This document shows positions 62,556 through 64,000 of a stretch of 64,000 nucleotides of DNA, piece after piece. The notes beneath the pieces were generated by a model that was not told where the DNA came from, made no database searches, and saw only the letters and a list, made by a program, of their open reading frames with translations. The translations under genes and the position numbers were made by a program. Position 1 is the stretch's first letter; every line of letters starts with the position of its first letter. The DNA is from an uncultured delta proteobacterium (GTDB lineage: Bacteria > Myxococcota > Myxococcia > Myxococcales > Myxococcaceae): the NCBI GenBank assembly GCA_963771175.1, contig CAVYSY010000023.1:34139-98138 (forward strand), in the 5' to 3' direction.

Positions 62556-63077
62556 ATGTCCGATAATTGGATTATCTTGATCCCGACTCGTCCGGACCAT
62601 GTGCCGGATCCGCACGCCCAGGAGGCGGCCCGCGCCCTGCTCGCGGAGTTACTTCCCCAGGCCGAGGTGACAGCCTCGGTGAGCCCCGAGATAGAGTTTG
62701 TGCATCCATTCGGGAACTGGTCAGGCGTCCTCTGTCCACTGTGCCACGCTGATATCGAGGATTGGTGCATCGAGGCCATCACGATGGCGTCCGAGACGGC
62801 CTTCGAGAACTTGACCGTCATCACGCAGTGCTGTGGCGGGACAACAAGCCTGAATGACCTCGACTACATCTGGCCAGCAGGCTTCTCGAGGTTCCGTTTG
62901 GAAGCACAAAACCCCAACGTCAAGGATCTCGATGTCCAGGCGGTGAAGCGGCTCGAATCCATCCTGGGCTGTCCGCTGCGGCGAATCTGGCGGCATCCTG
63001 AACTGCTGTTCGCATGGAGCCGCTCCCCTACTCCAGGAGGTACCGCTCTCGGAGCGGGCGAAGTGCATGGCGCTTGA
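62556..63077 (+). CDS. Hypothetical protein with CPxC...CC motif; the true stop may be near 63001
   Basis: MSDNWIILIP...CPLC...QCC...WPAGFSRF; visibly lower GC than the core genes. Confidence 0.7.
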   Translation: MSDNWIILIPTRPDHVPDPHAQEAARALLAELLPQAEVTASVSPEIEFVHPFGNWSGVLCPLCHADIEDWCIEAITMASETAFENLTVITQCCGGTTSLNDLDYIWPAGFSRFRLEAQNPNVKDLDVQAVKRLESILGCPLRRIWRHPELLFAWSRSPTPGGTALGAGEVHGA

Positions 63078-63084
63078 GGAGTAC

Positions 63085-63481
63085 CCGGCCACGACGCCAG
63101 GACGGTGCACGTGTGGCAGCAGCCCGTGTCGGGAGAGGGCGTGGATGCGTCCCTCGTGCCCCCGCTCGGCCAGCGAGAGGATGGTGTCCACCATCGTCAG
63201 GCCCGTTCCGATGAGCATCACGGAGTGGTGCGACGGGATGTGGCGCAGGGCCCCCTCGCTCCAGGGCGAGCGGACATAGTGGGGGCTCGTGTAGAGGCCC
63301 CCATCCTCTACCGGCAGGTCCGCGGGGAGCGCGTTGCCCACCGCCAGCACGACCTGCCGCGCCTCGAGCACGGTGCCGTCGGCCAGCTCCACCCGGTGCG
63401 CATTACCCGCACAAGAGAGGGAGACGACCTCGCCCACCCTCGGCTCCAGCTGGACGCCCCGGGGCCGCGCCCTCCCGGGCC
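63085..63481 (-). pseudogene. Partial duplicate of the FAD/NAD(P)-binding gene (copy of 59140-59535)
   Basis: Highly similar nucleotide sequence with scattered substitutions. Encodes ELADGTVLEARQVVLAVGN...IGTGLTMVDT...HGLLPHVH. Lacks both gene ends. Confidence 0.88.
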
Positions 63482-63712
63482 CGTCTGGCCGCTCGCCCCT
63501 CATGAGTCGCGCCCCGAGGTGTGTTGTCCTGCGAATAACGCTGAAGAGGAGCGCAGGCGTGACTCGGGCACTTCACTGGATACACCCTGGCGGGCGGATC
63601 GAAATCCGTATCGGCACCACCCCGCCCATCTCCGCGGCTGGCCGTCGGTATAGGACGTCGCACGGGCAGTGGAACGCTCCTACAGGGCCAGCAGGCTGAT
63701 GCGGAGGCCGAG

Positions 63713-64000
63713 CTACCCGCCGGTGTCTTCCCGCTCATCGACCAGGATGGCAAGCCCGTGGACCTCAAGCCACTGTTGGCCGAGATCGCGCCCCAGGCTC
63801 TCGCACTCGACGCCGAGCTGATCCTTCCCCAAGGGCATCCCACCGTGGGGGCCACTCCTCCTGCCGGTCAGGTGCCGGAAATCCTCCGCGCGCTCTGGGT
63901 CCATCCCCTTGGCGAGGCGCAGGCTGATGCCCTGCACGCCCGGGCGCGCCTGACGGGAACGTCACGCCGTCGAAGAGCACCCCGCTCCAGGGCACCTGGT
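63713..64000 (-). CDS. Possible 3' end of a hypothetical gene entering from the right edge (frameshifted)
   Basis: ORFs 63765..63995 and 63713..63937 join into protein-like text (WSGVLFDGVTF...VQGISLRLAKG); no motif recognised. Confidence 0.3.

Overview
This is a GC-rich chromosomal window from a myxobacterium (Archangium/Cystobacter/Stigmatella-like). The assignment rests on MYXO-CTERM, DUF2378, Glt-like, SitA-like and csgA genes. Left to right: (1) an mts-like adhesion operon on the minus strand (two VWA lipoproteins, a TSP3/MYXO-CTERM protein and a beta-propeller di-haem protein), interrupted by an opposite-strand accessory cassette (Cys-rich lipoprotein, repeat partner protein, lone AAA ATPase); (2) a divergent Glt-paralogue envelope cluster (GltF-, GltG-, OMP- and TPR-like genes); (3) a methyltransferase, then qNOR preceded by a clear NsrR-type palindrome; (4) GH13 amylase, aat and a hybrid kinase; (5) a decayed patch with an internally deleted histidine kinase and a glgX fragment; (6) a PRTase/kinase-like gene paired with a dual-specificity phosphatase; (7) gdx(sugE) under a guanidine-III riboswitch, back-to-back with a CPA2 antiporter that has a candidate structured leader; (8) the glgA-pdxH(fprA)-csgA-hemG core; (9) LytS/LytTR, a degenerate GGDEF regulator and GCS2; (10) a SitA5-like Tox-REase-5/Imm52 cassette bracketed by a ~400-bp partial duplication of the neighbouring FAD-binding gene. 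Many genes, including housekeeping ones, carry single-base indels that are most likely sequencing errors. No rRNA, tRNA, CRISPR array or transposase was seen. All family assignments come from motif recognition; no searches were run.
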